NCBI GenBank assembly: GCA_964414595.1
Contig: CAYPXJ010000001.1
Coordinates: forward strand, 53,443 to 113,145
Length of the DNA stretch: 59,703 bases
Direction: 5' to 3'
Source of the DNA: an uncultured Rickettsiales bacterium
Lineage (GTDB): Bacteria; Pseudomonadota; Alphaproteobacteria; Rickettsiales; CAIJLX01
The notes under the pieces were generated by a model, which saw nothing but the letters and a program-made list of their open reading frames with translations, was not told the origin of the DNA and made no database searches. Numbering within the stretch: position 1 is the first letter of the stretch; each line of letters begins with the position of its first letter. A program made the translations under genes and the position numbers. Of this stretch, positions 39,661 to 48,902 are shown piece by piece.

Positions 39661-40392
39661 ATGACAAAAAATACGCCGCTTAAAGTTTTAAATATCAGCA
39701 AAAGTTTCACGGAAAAGCCGGTGCTTAGCAAAGTTTCGCTCAGCGTAAACCCGGGCGATATTTATGGTTTCGTGGGCCTGAACGGCATGGGCAAAACCAC
39801 GCTTATCAAAATTATTCTCGATTTACTGGAGCGGGACAGCGGCGAGATCGAACTCTTCGGCGAAAAAAATCAGCTCGCGCGTGTGCGCAAAAATATCGCT
39901 TATTTGCCGGAAAAATTTCAACCCTCCATTCATCTCAAGGGAAAAGAATTTTTGGGCCTCACCGTTTCTTATTACGGCAAAAAGCTCGATATGAAAAAAG
40001 CCGAAGACTACGCTACGCGTCTTGCGCTGCGCCCCGAAGTGCTCAAGCATAAAATCACCAAATATTCAAAAGGCATGAGCCAAAAGCTTGGCCTCATCGG
40101 CACGCTGCTTACCGGTGCGCCGCTGCTGAGTCTTGATGAACCGATGAGCGGCCTTGACCCGCTAGCGCGCATTCAGCTCAAGCGTGTGTTGCTCGATTAC
40201 GCTAAACAAGGCCATACGATTTTTTTCACCTCGCATATCTTGGTCGATATTGAAGAGATTTGTAACAACATCGCCGTATTGCATGATGGTAAAATTATTT
40301 TTACCGGCACGCCCGCTGGCTTCAAAAAGAAATTTGAAAAGGGCAAAAAAGGTTTAGAACACGCCTATCTTAACGCGATTGGCGTCGCATAA
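39661..40392 (+). CDS. ABC transporter ATP-binding protein (ABC-2/CcmA-like), with no adjacent permease gene
   Basis: Walker A GLNGMGKTT, signature YSKGMSQKLGL and Walker B LLSLDEP. It lies 14 nt after the preceding gene. Confidence 0.85.
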   Translation: MTKNTPLKVLNISKSFTEKPVLSKVSLSVNPGDIYGFVGLNGMGKTTLIKIILDLLERDSGEIELFGEKNQLARVRKNIAYLPEKFQPSIHLKGKEFLGLTVSYYGKKLDMKKAEDYATRLALRPEVLKHKITKYSKGMSQKLGLIGTLLTGAPLLSLDEPMSGLDPLARIQLKRVLLDYAKQGHTIFFTSHILVDIEEICNNIAVLHDGKIIFTGTPAGFKKKFEKGKKGLEHAYLNAIGVA

Positions 40393-40402
40393 AGGCATTG
40401 CT

Positions 40403-43276
40403 TTAACGGCGGTAAAAACGCCGCTCCCACAAATCTTCCACTTTTTTCGTATCCCACTTTTCCTCAGGCGCATCGATAGAGCCGGTGATACTTTGAACGA
40501 TGGGCAAACGTGTGCGCTCGCTGATTTCTTTCACTTTCACTTGCTGCGTCATCGAATTATCCAGCGGCAAGGCGTAATCACTGCGAATATTATATTCCCA
40601 TGTGCCAAAATTAATCACACCCTGCACACGGGTTTCCGGCAACATGCCATGCACCATTAAAAAATTATCAAAACCAAACACGCCCTGACCAATACGAAAG
40701 CCGCCATACGCATCACTAAAGCTGGTCATGCCCGCGGTGACATATTTGCGTATCGACTGTCGCATCGCCTGAAGCGAACTGACCTTGATAAGCTCGTTAG
40801 TGAGCGACGGCAAATCAAAACCTTTGGTTTGCACTGGGCGCGCACGAATGCTGCCACTACCTTGCGATTGCGCGATCACATCGCGCACGGTATTCCCCAC
40901 GGAACTGACAAACGCATTCAAACTTACGCGCCCTTCCAGACGCGTCGCGCCCATAAGGCGCTTCAAAAATTGACCCGTATCCACGTTTACGAAACTCAGG
41001 TAAGCGCTGCCGGCCGGAACATCGGCGATGCTCATCACCGCCTGACTTATTTCAAATTTTCCATCAAAAATCTGGCCACGAATTTTTTTAATAAGCAACT
41101 GCTGGCGATTAAGTTCGATATCCATATTCACATCGCTCATATCCATATCGGCATAATGCAATTTGCCAAAATAAGCGCGCAGCTTGCCGTCGTAATATTT
41201 GAGCGGGCTGGTTGAAAATATTTCCTGCGACCAGCGCGGCGACATGGGCTGCTCCGCAGCCATAGCGGGCGCCTTTGCCGTTTCACCGGTGCGGAAAATT
41301 TTCAGTTTCGGAAATTGATCAATATCCAAATGTTTAAAATTCAGATCAAACGCCAGATAGGGCCGCAGATTGGTCGCATCAATTTTCACCGTTCCAGAAA
41401 GCGAAATGCCAGGCGATTCCAGCGTCATCTCCTCTAAGCTCATCAGGCCGGAACCAAAACGAATAAAGGCTGACGCCTGTGAAAAATGCTGCCCATGATA
41501 GGTAAGATCGCGCACGGTAATTGAAAAATCGAGGGAGCCGAATGCACCTTCCACCGAGCGCAGCAAATCAAATTTCTTCAAAGGCTCATTCAGTTTATAA
41601 ATCGGATTTCCTGCATCGCGATCCGGATCAGCAAGCAGGTTGCTCATTTCCGGTATATATTCATCCAGATCCAATTCATCGAGCGTCAGCGTCAATGTGG
41701 AACTTTCATCGCCGGTGCGTTTCACCACAAATTTTCCGCCCTGAATCGTGGTGTTATCCACTTTCGCTACAAGGCCCTCAAAATAAAGTTCCCGCGAGGA
41801 AATGGTGAGGTTATTCGACACGGAGAAAATTTTAAGGCGGCCCGGTGTAATAGGCGGCAAATCCACTTTCAGCCATGTCAGGAAAGTGAGTAAATCGCGG
41901 CCCTCAAGTCCAAAAGCGCCCTGGAATTTTAGTGGCAGCGCTTGTACCGAACCATCGTCCGTGATCACGCCACTCATGCTTAATTGCGTTTCGCCCGGCA
42001 AAGCGGCTGATACATTACGCGCCTGTAATTGCCCATTGCCTGTGCTGCGTAAATTCAAACGTATGTTGCGAATCGCTTCTTTACGAAACTGCACTTCTGC
42101 CGCAGAAATATTGATTTCTACTTCCGCCTCATTCAGCAAATCGATATCGTAATATTTACCAAAACCGACGGCACCGCGGCGATAATTTTCAGGCGCAACA
42201 TTTCCTTCAACAAAATTATCCGCGCGAAATGTTTCTGCGCCTTCCGCCAGCAAGCCTTCCCGATCCAGATCCAATTTCTCAAGTACGATATTCACATCCA
42301 ATTTCGGCTTTTCAGCAAAAGTAAGGGTCATTTCACCAATGCCTTTCACCGCGTCGGCGTGCATGGTGAGATCGTTTAATTTCAGCGTTGATTGTGAAAA
42401 ACTGGCAATACTGGTCATGAAAATTCGTGTATCGCCTGCCTGGGCGTCCTTCGGTGCGAAAGCTTGACCAATACTTGAGCTCAGTCCCAGCGCTTCCGCA
42501 AAAGGCAGCAAGGAAGGATCAAGATGCGCTTCAAATTTGCCGCTGAAAGCATAGGCGTTGGCGCGTTGTAATTTACCACTTACTACTAACTCCGACGCAC
42601 CCGGCATAAGCGCCAATTCAAATTCCGGCGTACTTTCTTTCAGATTGCCGATGCGCGCTTTGACACCCGTTGTCACACCGTCACCACGCAACGAAGCGTC
42701 GATACGGTAAGGACCATCCGGCCCGCCAACATCCAGATTGCCATCCAGATAACCAAGTTTTTGCGCATAGCCGCTTTGCTGATGCAAGAAATAGGTTTCG
42801 ACATCCGAAAACACAATGGAGGGCATGGGTGCGCCGCTTCCCGCCTGTGCAGCCGTACCGTCTAAACGCCAATTTTGACGGCCATCTTTAAGCCATTCGA
42901 GATAAAGTTTTCCGCGCACAATTTTTACGCGGCTGCTACTGGCATCTCCGCCTATGAAAGAAAGGAGCGAGGGTTCGGCGATCACACGTTCCGCGGTGAA
43001 GAAAAATTCCTGCGATGCACCGCTGATATTATGCACCACCACATCTTCCACTACGACCTGCGGGAACGGTTTGAATTCCAACTTGACGCCGCCGCGTATA
43101 ATCATCTCCCGCCCCAGCGAATGGCTTATCTGTTTTACCAGCGCATCGGCTTCCTTATTCCAATCAATCGAAAAAGCATAAAACGCGATACCACCGGCAA
43201 TGACAGTCAGTATCAAAAGGCCGGAGAGTATCCATTTGGCGATATTGGTAAAAAAATCGAAAATGCGATTCAGCAT
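40403..43276 (-). CDS. AsmA family outer-membrane biogenesis protein
   Basis: ~957 aa with an N-terminal anchor (ILSGLLILTVIAGGIAFYAF) and a long beta-rich body typical of AsmA. The likely start is ATG 43276 (MLNRIFDFF), 1 nt after the metF stop. The track ORF extends to 43321. Confidence 0.75.
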   Translation of the reverse strand: MLNRIFDFFTNIAKWILSGLLILTVIAGGIAFYAFSIDWNKEADALVKQISHSLGREMIIRGGVKLEFKPFPQVVVEDVVVHNISGASQEFFFTAERVIAEPSLLSFIGGDASSSRVKIVRGKLYLEWLKDGRQNWRLDGTAAQAGSGAPMPSIVFSDVETYFLHQQSGYAQKLGYLDGNLDVGGPDGPYRIDASLRGDGVTTGVKARIGNLKESTPEFELALMPGASELVVSGKLQRANAYAFSGKFEAHLDPSLLPFAEALGLSSSIGQAFAPKDAQAGDTRIFMTSIASFSQSTLKLNDLTMHADAVKGIGEMTLTFAEKPKLDVNIVLEKLDLDREGLLAEGAETFRADNFVEGNVAPENYRRGAVGFGKYYDIDLLNEAEVEINISAAEVQFRKEAIRNIRLNLRSTGNGQLQARNVSAALPGETQLSMSGVITDDGSVQALPLKFQGAFGLEGRDLLTFLTWLKVDLPPITPGRLKIFSVSNNLTISSRELYFEGLVAKVDNTTIQGGKFVVKRTGDESSTLTLTLDELDLDEYIPEMSNLLADPDRDAGNPIYKLNEPLKKFDLLRSVEGAFGSLDFSITVRDLTYHGQHFSQASAFIRFGSGLMSLEEMTLESPGISLSGTVKIDATNLRPYLAFDLNFKHLDIDQFPKLKIFRTGETAKAPAMAAEQPMSPRWSQEIFSTSPLKYYDGKLRAYFGKLHYADMDMSDVNMDIELNRQQLLIKKIRGQIFDGKFEISQAVMSIADVPAGSAYLSFVNVDTGQFLKRLMGATRLEGRVSLNAFVSSVGNTVRDVIAQSQGSGSIRARPVQTKGFDLPSLTNELIKVSSLQAMRQSIRKYVTAGMTSFSDAYGGFRIGQGVFGFDNFLMVHGMLPETRVQGVINFGTWEYNIRSDYALPLDNSMTQQVKVKEISERTRLPIVQSITGSIDAPEEKWDTKKVEDLWERRFYRR

Positions 43277-43277
43277 A

Positions 43278-44153
43278 TTAGCGTCCCATCGCCTTACACA
43301 AAGCGGAGGTGAGGTCGCCACGGTTTAATGTATAAAAATGGAATTCTGTCGCGCCGCCTTTAGCCAAATCGCGAATCATCTCCGCCGCGATCTTATACGC
43401 AGCCGCTCGCATCGCCGCCGGATTTTCCTCATGCGGCTCAAGCGCTGCGCGCACCTTCTCTGGAATACTTGCACCGCACATCGCGCTGAAGCGTGCGATT
43501 TGCTTATAACTATGTATGGGCACAATTCCAGGAACGATAGGCACACGAATACCTTTTTTGCGCGCACGCTCTAGAAAACGGAAATACATATCGCTTTCAA
43601 AGAAATATTGCGTGATCGCGCGCGTGGCGCCTGCGTCTATCTTGCGTTTCAGATAATCGAGATCCGCTTCTGAACTGACCGCCTCCGGGTGCCCTTCTGG
43701 GTATGCCGCTACACTCATTTCAAAATCCGCCACGTTTTTAAGCCCTGCGACCAAATCGTTGGCATAAGCATAGCCGCCCGCATAGGGCACATAGGGCTTT
43801 TGGCCACCGGGTACATCGCCGCGCAGCGCGACAATATGCCGCACGCCTAGCTGCCAATAATCCCGCGCTACCGCGTCTATCTCTTCCCGCGTGGCATTGA
43901 CGCATGTCAAATGCGCGGCGGGTTTGAGGCTAGTTTCCTTAAGGATACGTGCAAGCGTTTGGCGTGTTCTTTCCCGCGTAGAGCCCCCCGCGCCATAGGT
44001 CACCGAAACAAAATCAGGCTTGTGCGCTTGAAGCCCCTCCACCGCCTGCCAGAGCACCCCCTCCATTTCGGGGGTTTTCGGCGGGAAAAACTCGAAGGAA
44101 ATCCTTGCTTTTGCAAGCGAAGGTAGGTCTGCGATATACGGTAAACTTTCCAT
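43278..44153 (-). CDS. metF: Methylenetetrahydrofolate reductase
   Basis: ISFEFFPPKT, VSVTYGAGGSTRERT, HLTC and IVALRGD motifs. Confidence 0.9.
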   Translation of the reverse strand: MESLPYIADLPSLAKARISFEFFPPKTPEMEGVLWQAVEGLQAHKPDFVSVTYGAGGSTRERTRQTLARILKETSLKPAAHLTCVNATREEIDAVARDYWQLGVRHIVALRGDVPGGQKPYVPYAGGYAYANDLVAGLKNVADFEMSVAAYPEGHPEAVSSEADLDYLKRKIDAGATRAITQYFFESDMYFRFLERARKKGIRVPIVPGIVPIHSYKQIARFSAMCGASIPEKVRAALEPHEENPAAMRAAAYKIAAEMIRDLAKGGATEFHFYTLNRGDLTSALCKAMGR

Positions 44154-44354
44154 AGAACCTTTAGTTTAGGCGATTGCGCCTAATAGTAAAATATTCTCCG
44201 CAGCCCTGCGGTCACAAGGCCGGTTTGTTGCTTTCCTGCAACAGTTCTCAATACTCTTTTTTTATCGCTTTTCAAAACAATAGCTTTTCCGGCAACAGTC
44301 TTGTCTTTTTTTATCTTTCTCACTAATGATGGTGGCTTGTAAACGAGGTTTTTC

Positions 44355-45059
44355 ATGCGCATCGCACTTATTCTTTTTGCCCTGGTATTTTTAGCTTCCA
44401 TGCCCGCTCACGCACAGGTTCAGAAGCTTTCACAAGATGATATGGTCGTTCAGGTATATGACCCGCTTGAGCCCATGAACCGCGGTTTGTTCCGCTTTTC
44501 GCAGGTGGTGGATCATTTGGTGCTGCAGCCGGTGGCAAAAACCTACCGTTTTGTGACGCCCCGCCCCGCCCGCACCCGCGTACGCAACTTTTTCCAGAAC
44601 TTGGGCGAACCTGTTAACTTCGTAAACGCTATCTTACAGGGCGATGCGAACCAGGCATTTACCACTTTCTGGCGCTTTGTTCTTAACAGCACCTTTGGCC
44701 TGGGCGGTGTATTTGATAACGCCAGCCAATGGGGTTTGCCTTATCGCGCTGAAGATTTCGGCCAAACGCTGGGATTTTATGGCTTAGGTTCCGGCCCATT
44801 CCTCTATATTCCTATCATTGGCCCATCGAATTTCCGCGATACGACCGGCCTGGTTGCCGATATGTTTACGGATCCGGTTAATTATCTGGAAGATACAACC
44901 GTTATTGTTGTGAACGTAGCGGATGGTATTCAGCGCCGTGAGAGTCTGCTTGATATCACGCGCGATATTGAAAACACCTCGCTCGATCCGTATGCGGCGT
45001 ATCGTAGCGCCTTTACGCAAAAACGTCGTGATTTAATCAGCAACGGTGCTTCGCGTTAA
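44355..45059 (+). CDS. mlaA: MlaA/VacJ family lipoprotein
   Basis: DPLEPMNRGLFRFSQVVDHLVLQPVAKTYRFV and NFFQNLGEPVNFVNAILQGD are canonical VacJ blocks. A signal sequence is present. Confidence 0.85.
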   Translation: MRIALILFALVFLASMPAHAQVQKLSQDDMVVQVYDPLEPMNRGLFRFSQVVDHLVLQPVAKTYRFVTPRPARTRVRNFFQNLGEPVNFVNAILQGDANQAFTTFWRFVLNSTFGLGGVFDNASQWGLPYRAEDFGQTLGFYGLGSGPFLYIPIIGPSNFRDTTGLVADMFTDPVNYLEDTTVIVVNVADGIQRRESLLDITRDIENTSLDPYAAYRSAFTQKRRDLISNGASR

Positions 45060-45148
45060 GTTTCAAATCTGCTATAATCCAATTGGTTCTTAACATCGGC
45101 CCGTGTTATCTGGCTGTATCGGAATTCTAACTTATTTGAGGAAAGTTT

Positions 45149-45760
45149 ATGCTTCGTGTTATCGGCGCTGTTTTAACGATCTTACTGATACTTCCTACCT
45201 TTGCTTCTGCCGGCGTTCCGGAAGTCAAAAACTTCATCAATAATCTCACGACAACGACCATCAACATTCTCGAAAACGAAAAACTAAACGACAAAACCAA
45301 AGAACAAAAAATGACGCAGCTTTTCACCAATTCCGTGGATTTGAATTGGATGGGCCGTTTTGTTTTGGGCCGTTACTATAACCGCATTTCCCCCACCGAA
45401 CGTAACAAATACACGCAAGCTTACCGCGATTACATGGTTTATAGTTACGTGCCGAAATTCCGCAGTTACGGCGGCCAGAAAGTGATGATTAAAAACGTAC
45501 GCGCAGAAGAAAAAGGCGAATATTTTGTCGAATCTGAAATCGTTAGCGAGGGCGAGCCGCCCGTGCGCATGTCTTACCGTTTGCGCGGTGCGGGCGATGG
45601 TTACAAAGTGGTGGATATTATTCCTGAAGGCATCAGCATTCTCACCACGCAACGTTCGGAATTCAGCTCTATCATGGCAAGCGGCAGTATCAATGATCTC
45701 ATCGCGCAGATGAAGCGCCGCACGCAGGAAAATAGAGAGAGAGCGTCGGAAGATAACTAA
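45149..45760 (+). CDS. mlaC: MlaC/Ttg2D family phospholipid-binding periplasmic protein
   Basis: Signal peptide plus MGRFVLGRYYNRISPTERNKYTQAYRDYMVYSY...YKVVDIIPEGISIL, the family pattern. Confidence 0.8.
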   Translation: MLRVIGAVLTILLILPTFASAGVPEVKNFINNLTTTTINILENEKLNDKTKEQKMTQLFTNSVDLNWMGRFVLGRYYNRISPTERNKYTQAYRDYMVYSYVPKFRSYGGQKVMIKNVRAEEKGEYFVESEIVSEGEPPVRMSYRLRGAGDGYKVVDIIPEGISILTTQRSEFSSIMASGSINDLIAQMKRRTQENRERASEDN

Positions 45761-45799
45761 TCGCTTTTATCTTCAGCAATTTTTGATAGGGTAAGCCCT

Positions 45800-47413
45800 A
45801 TGGCTCGTGCGACACCTATTCTAAAAGTTGAAAAACTCTCGCTGAATTTTCCAGATAGTTCGGCTGCGCGACCGGGCAAAAAAAGTGGTCATATTTTAAA
45901 TAACGTATCGCTTACGCTCTATAGCGGCAAAACGCTGGCCCTTGTGGGCGAAAGCGGTTCTGGCAAAACCGTCACCGCGCTTTCCATCCTGCAATTACTT
46001 GGCGATGCACGCTACGGCAAAGACAGCAAAATACTTTTTGAAAAAAATAATCTCCTTTCGCTTGAAGCCGAAAAAATGCGCACGATTCGTGGCCATCGCA
46101 TCGCCATGATTTTCCAGGAGCCGATGACCTCCTTAAACCCTTTGCATACGATTGGCAAACAACTGCGCGAAGCGATTTTGCTGCATAAATCCATGTCGCG
46201 TGCGGCAGTCAATGCGCGGGTGAAAGAATTGCTCGCGCTTGTACAACTTGAATCGCTCCATGCGCGTTTGGAAGCCTATCCCCATGAACTTTCGGGTGGC
46301 CAACGCCAACGTATTATGATCGCAATGGCGCTTGCGCATAATCCCGATATTCTGATTGCCGATGAGCCGACCACGGCGCTCGATGTGACCGTGCAGAAGC
46401 AAATTCTTGCGCTACTCGAATCTATTCAGGAAAAGCTCGGCATGGCGATTCTGCTCATCACGCACGATCTGCATCTGGTGCGGAAGGTAGCGCATCATGT
46501 GGCGATTATGCGTGAGGGTGAAGTGGTGGAATCCGGCGCAACTTCGCAAATTTTCAGCAAGCCGGAAACAGCCTACGCCAAAAAATTACTGAGTGCCGAA
46601 CCGCGCACTGCGCCGGTTAAGCTTCCTGAAAAACCGAAGAAAATTTTTGAATGCAGTATGCTTACGGTGGAATTTCCACGGCAATCTTCCTGGTTTAAGC
46701 AACAAGATCCGATTCGCGTGATCGATGATGTAAAACTTAGCGTGCATGAAGGCCAAACACTTGGCATCGTGGGCGAAAGCGGCTCTGGCAAAACCACGCT
46801 TGCGTTGGCGCTGCTGCGCCTCATCCCTTCAAAGGGAACCATTATTTACGATAATAAATATATCCGCGTACTCGAACCGGAGAAAATGCGTACGCTGCGG
46901 CGGGATTTACAAATTGTGTTTCAAGATCCGTTCGCAAGCCTTAACCCACGCATGACCGTAGAAGGCGTAATCACCGAAGGTTTACGCGCGCATCGCATCG
47001 GGGCTAATGATCTTGCCCGCCGGGATATTGCTGCAGAAATGCTGCAGAAAGTGGGCCTCGAAACATCGATGCTTGATCGCTATCCGCATCAATTTAGCGG
47101 CGGTCAGCGTCAGCGTATCGCCCTTGCGCGCGCGCTTGCGGTTTCGCCGAAGTTGCTGGTGCTTGATGAACCAACATCCTCACTCGATATTATCGTGCAG
47201 TGTGAAATTATCGAGCTGCTGAAAAAATTACAGGCGAAAGAAAAGCTCGCTTATATTTTCATCAGCCATGATCTGCGCGTCATCAAATCGATAAGCCATC
47301 AGGTGCTGGTATTGCACCATGGAAAAGTGGTGGAATCCGGCACGCGCAACGAAGTGCTCGATCGTCCGAAACATAGTTATACACAAAATCTTCTGGAAGC
47401 CGCGTTCGGCTAA
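45800..47413 (+). CDS. Duplicated-ATPase ABC protein of the oligopeptide/microcin C (YejF-like) type
   Basis: Two full ABC cassettes: GESGSGKT x2, LSGGQRQR x2 and ADEPTTALD / LDEPTSSLD. Confidence 0.85.
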   Translation: MARATPILKVEKLSLNFPDSSAARPGKKSGHILNNVSLTLYSGKTLALVGESGSGKTVTALSILQLLGDARYGKDSKILFEKNNLLSLEAEKMRTIRGHRIAMIFQEPMTSLNPLHTIGKQLREAILLHKSMSRAAVNARVKELLALVQLESLHARLEAYPHELSGGQRQRIMIAMALAHNPDILIADEPTTALDVTVQKQILALLESIQEKLGMAILLITHDLHLVRKVAHHVAIMREGEVVESGATSQIFSKPETAYAKKLLSAEPRTAPVKLPEKPKKIFECSMLTVEFPRQSSWFKQQDPIRVIDDVKLSVHEGQTLGIVGESGSGKTTLALALLRLIPSKGTIIYDNKYIRVLEPEKMRTLRRDLQIVFQDPFASLNPRMTVEGVITEGLRAHRIGANDLARRDIAAEMLQKVGLETSMLDRYPHQFSGGQRQRIALARALAVSPKLLVLDEPTSSLDIIVQCEIIELLKKLQAKEKLAYIFISHDLRVIKSISHQVLVLHHGKVVESGTRNEVLDRPKHSYTQNLLEAAFG

Positions 47414-48003
47414 GCGTGACCCGCAGTGGTTGAAATATGCAGAGGGTCGATATCGATGGATTTCGCCGCCAGCATCCACTTGCTGGCATTTTCCGAACCG
47501 AAAATCAGGTCGTAGGTTGCAGGAACCGTAATCCAGCTATTTTTTTCAAGCTCTGCCTCCAGTTGGCCCGGTGACCAGCCTGCATAACCCAACGCCAGCA
47601 TGGAAAAGGACGGCCCTTTGCCTGTCAGCGCGTCACGAAGCACATCCACATTCGTGCTCAGCGCCACTTTATCATCCACGCAAAGCATCCCAGGCGAAAC
47701 ATATTCCGCCGAATGTAACACCATGCCGCGATTCCCATCCACCGGCCCACCGAAGTGAATCGGTATCTGCGCGGTGACTTCGCTGGCATCAATTTTCAGA
47801 TACTCATAAATTTGATCCATGGAATATTCAGGTAAAGGCTGATTGATAATCACCCCCATCGCGCCTTGCTCGGAGTGAGCACACACATAAACAACTGCAT
47901 GGTGAAAGCATGAAAACTGAATTTGCGGCGTCGCGATAAGCAGTTGCCCGGTTAGATAACCTTCGCCTTTTCTCGCTGGAATATCGAGCCACTTTTTTGG
48001 CAT
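47410..48003 (-). CDS. YqgE/AlgH family protein (UPF0301)
   Basis: GQLLIATPQI...F..AVVYVCAHSEQGAMGVIINQP and GYAGWSPGQLEAELEKNSWI are typical of the family. Confidence 0.85.
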   Translation of the reverse strand: MPKKWLDIPARKGEGYLTGQLLIATPQIQFSCFHHAVVYVCAHSEQGAMGVIINQPLPEYSMDQIYEYLKIDASEVTAQIPIHFGGPVDGNRGMVLHSAEYVSPGMLCVDDKVALSTNVDVLRDALTGKGPSFSMLALGYAGWSPGQLEAELEKNSWITVPATYDLIFGSENASKWMLAAKSIDIDPLHISTTAGHA

Positions 48004-48033
48004 GCTGTACGTCCTATTTTAACTATAGCAAAA

Positions 48034-48396
48034 TTATCGACGGCGCTTAAGTTTTTTTATCCGCCAAAAACTGTAAGCTAACCAGCTGATTAATAACGCA
48101 AAAGGCGCTATCCACACCAGCCGCGAGAAACCTTGCGGCTGCGCTGAAAGCTGTACCGTATCCCCGTAACGCGCACGCAAATATTCGAGAATTTCTTCCC
48201 GTGTTTTGCCTTCTTCTACCGCGCGCCGCACATACACCCGCATATCCACGGCAAGCTTGGCATCCGATTCCGCAATCGACTGACCCTGGCACACCATACA
48301 GCGCAACTCATGAAAAATCTGTTGGGCTTTTTCTTCCTGCGTTTGGGCAAAAGTATTGCCCGCAAAAAATAACAGTAGGAAACAAAACCATTTCAT
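48034..48396 (-). CDS. ccmH: Cytochrome c-type biogenesis protein CcmH
   Basis: Signal peptide, LRCMVCQGQSIAESDA (the CXXC motif) and a C-terminal TM. Confidence 0.85.
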   Translation of the reverse strand: MKWFCFLLLFFAGNTFAQTQEEKAQQIFHELRCMVCQGQSIAESDAKLAVDMRVYVRRAVEEGKTREEILEYLRARYGDTVQLSAQPQGFSRLVWIAPFALLISWLAYSFWRIKKLKRRR

Positions 48397-48902
48397 CGCG
48401 CGATTTTCTCCAGCATATTTTGCACCTGCTCTTCGGTTAACGCGCCGGCGAAATGGTAGATAATTTTTCCATCTTCACGCAGTACGAATGTTTCCGGTAT
48501 GCCTGTAATGCCTAAATGCACACCCGCGCGTCCCTCCTGATCCAACACCACCTGTGTGTATGGATTGCCATGTGTTTTTAGAAAATTTTTTGTATCGTTC
48601 TCAGCGTCATGCCAAGCAATGCCTATCACTGGAGTTCCAGCTTTCTGCAATGTTTTAAGCTGCTCATGTTCGGCAATACACGCAACACACCAAGAGGCAA
48701 AAAAATTGACGATCACTTTTTGCTGCGGATTAGGCAGCGTTATTTTTTTTCCATCGACACCGACAAGCGCGATAGATTCGATACTGTATCCTTCACGCGA
48801 GCGAACAGAATTTTGCCCGCTCCATAAGCGCACCAAAAGCGCGATAGCCAAGATTAAGAAAAGCGCGAAAGGCAGAAAACTCAACCAACTTGCCTGTTTC
48901 AT
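48393..48902 (-). CDS. ccmG: Thiol:disulfide oxidoreductase CcmG/DsbE
   Basis: NFFASWCVACIAEH (a thioredoxin CXXC) and GITGIPETF. The likely start MKQASW at 48902 forms an ATGA overlap with ccmF. Confidence 0.85.
   Translation of the reverse strand: MKQASWLSFLPFALFLILAIALLVRLWSGQNSVRSREGYSIESIALVGVDGKKITLPNPQQKVIVNFFASWCVACIAEHEQLKTLQKAGTPVIGIAWHDAENDTKNFLKTHGNPYTQVVLDQEGRAGVHLGITGIPETFVLREDGKIIYHFAGALTEEQVQNMLEKIAR

Noticed and set aside
44154-44401. 73-aa basic ORF (44180..44401, minus strand) and possible SAM-type riboswitch in the metF leader
   Set aside because: The ORF lies in the divergent metF/mlaA promoter region, overlaps the mlaA start and has no RBS. Small hairpins are present (TTAGGCG-ATTG-CGCCTAA, GTTGC-AGGAA-GCAAC), but I cannot match them to any riboswitch consensus from memory. 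An Rfam scan would be needed.
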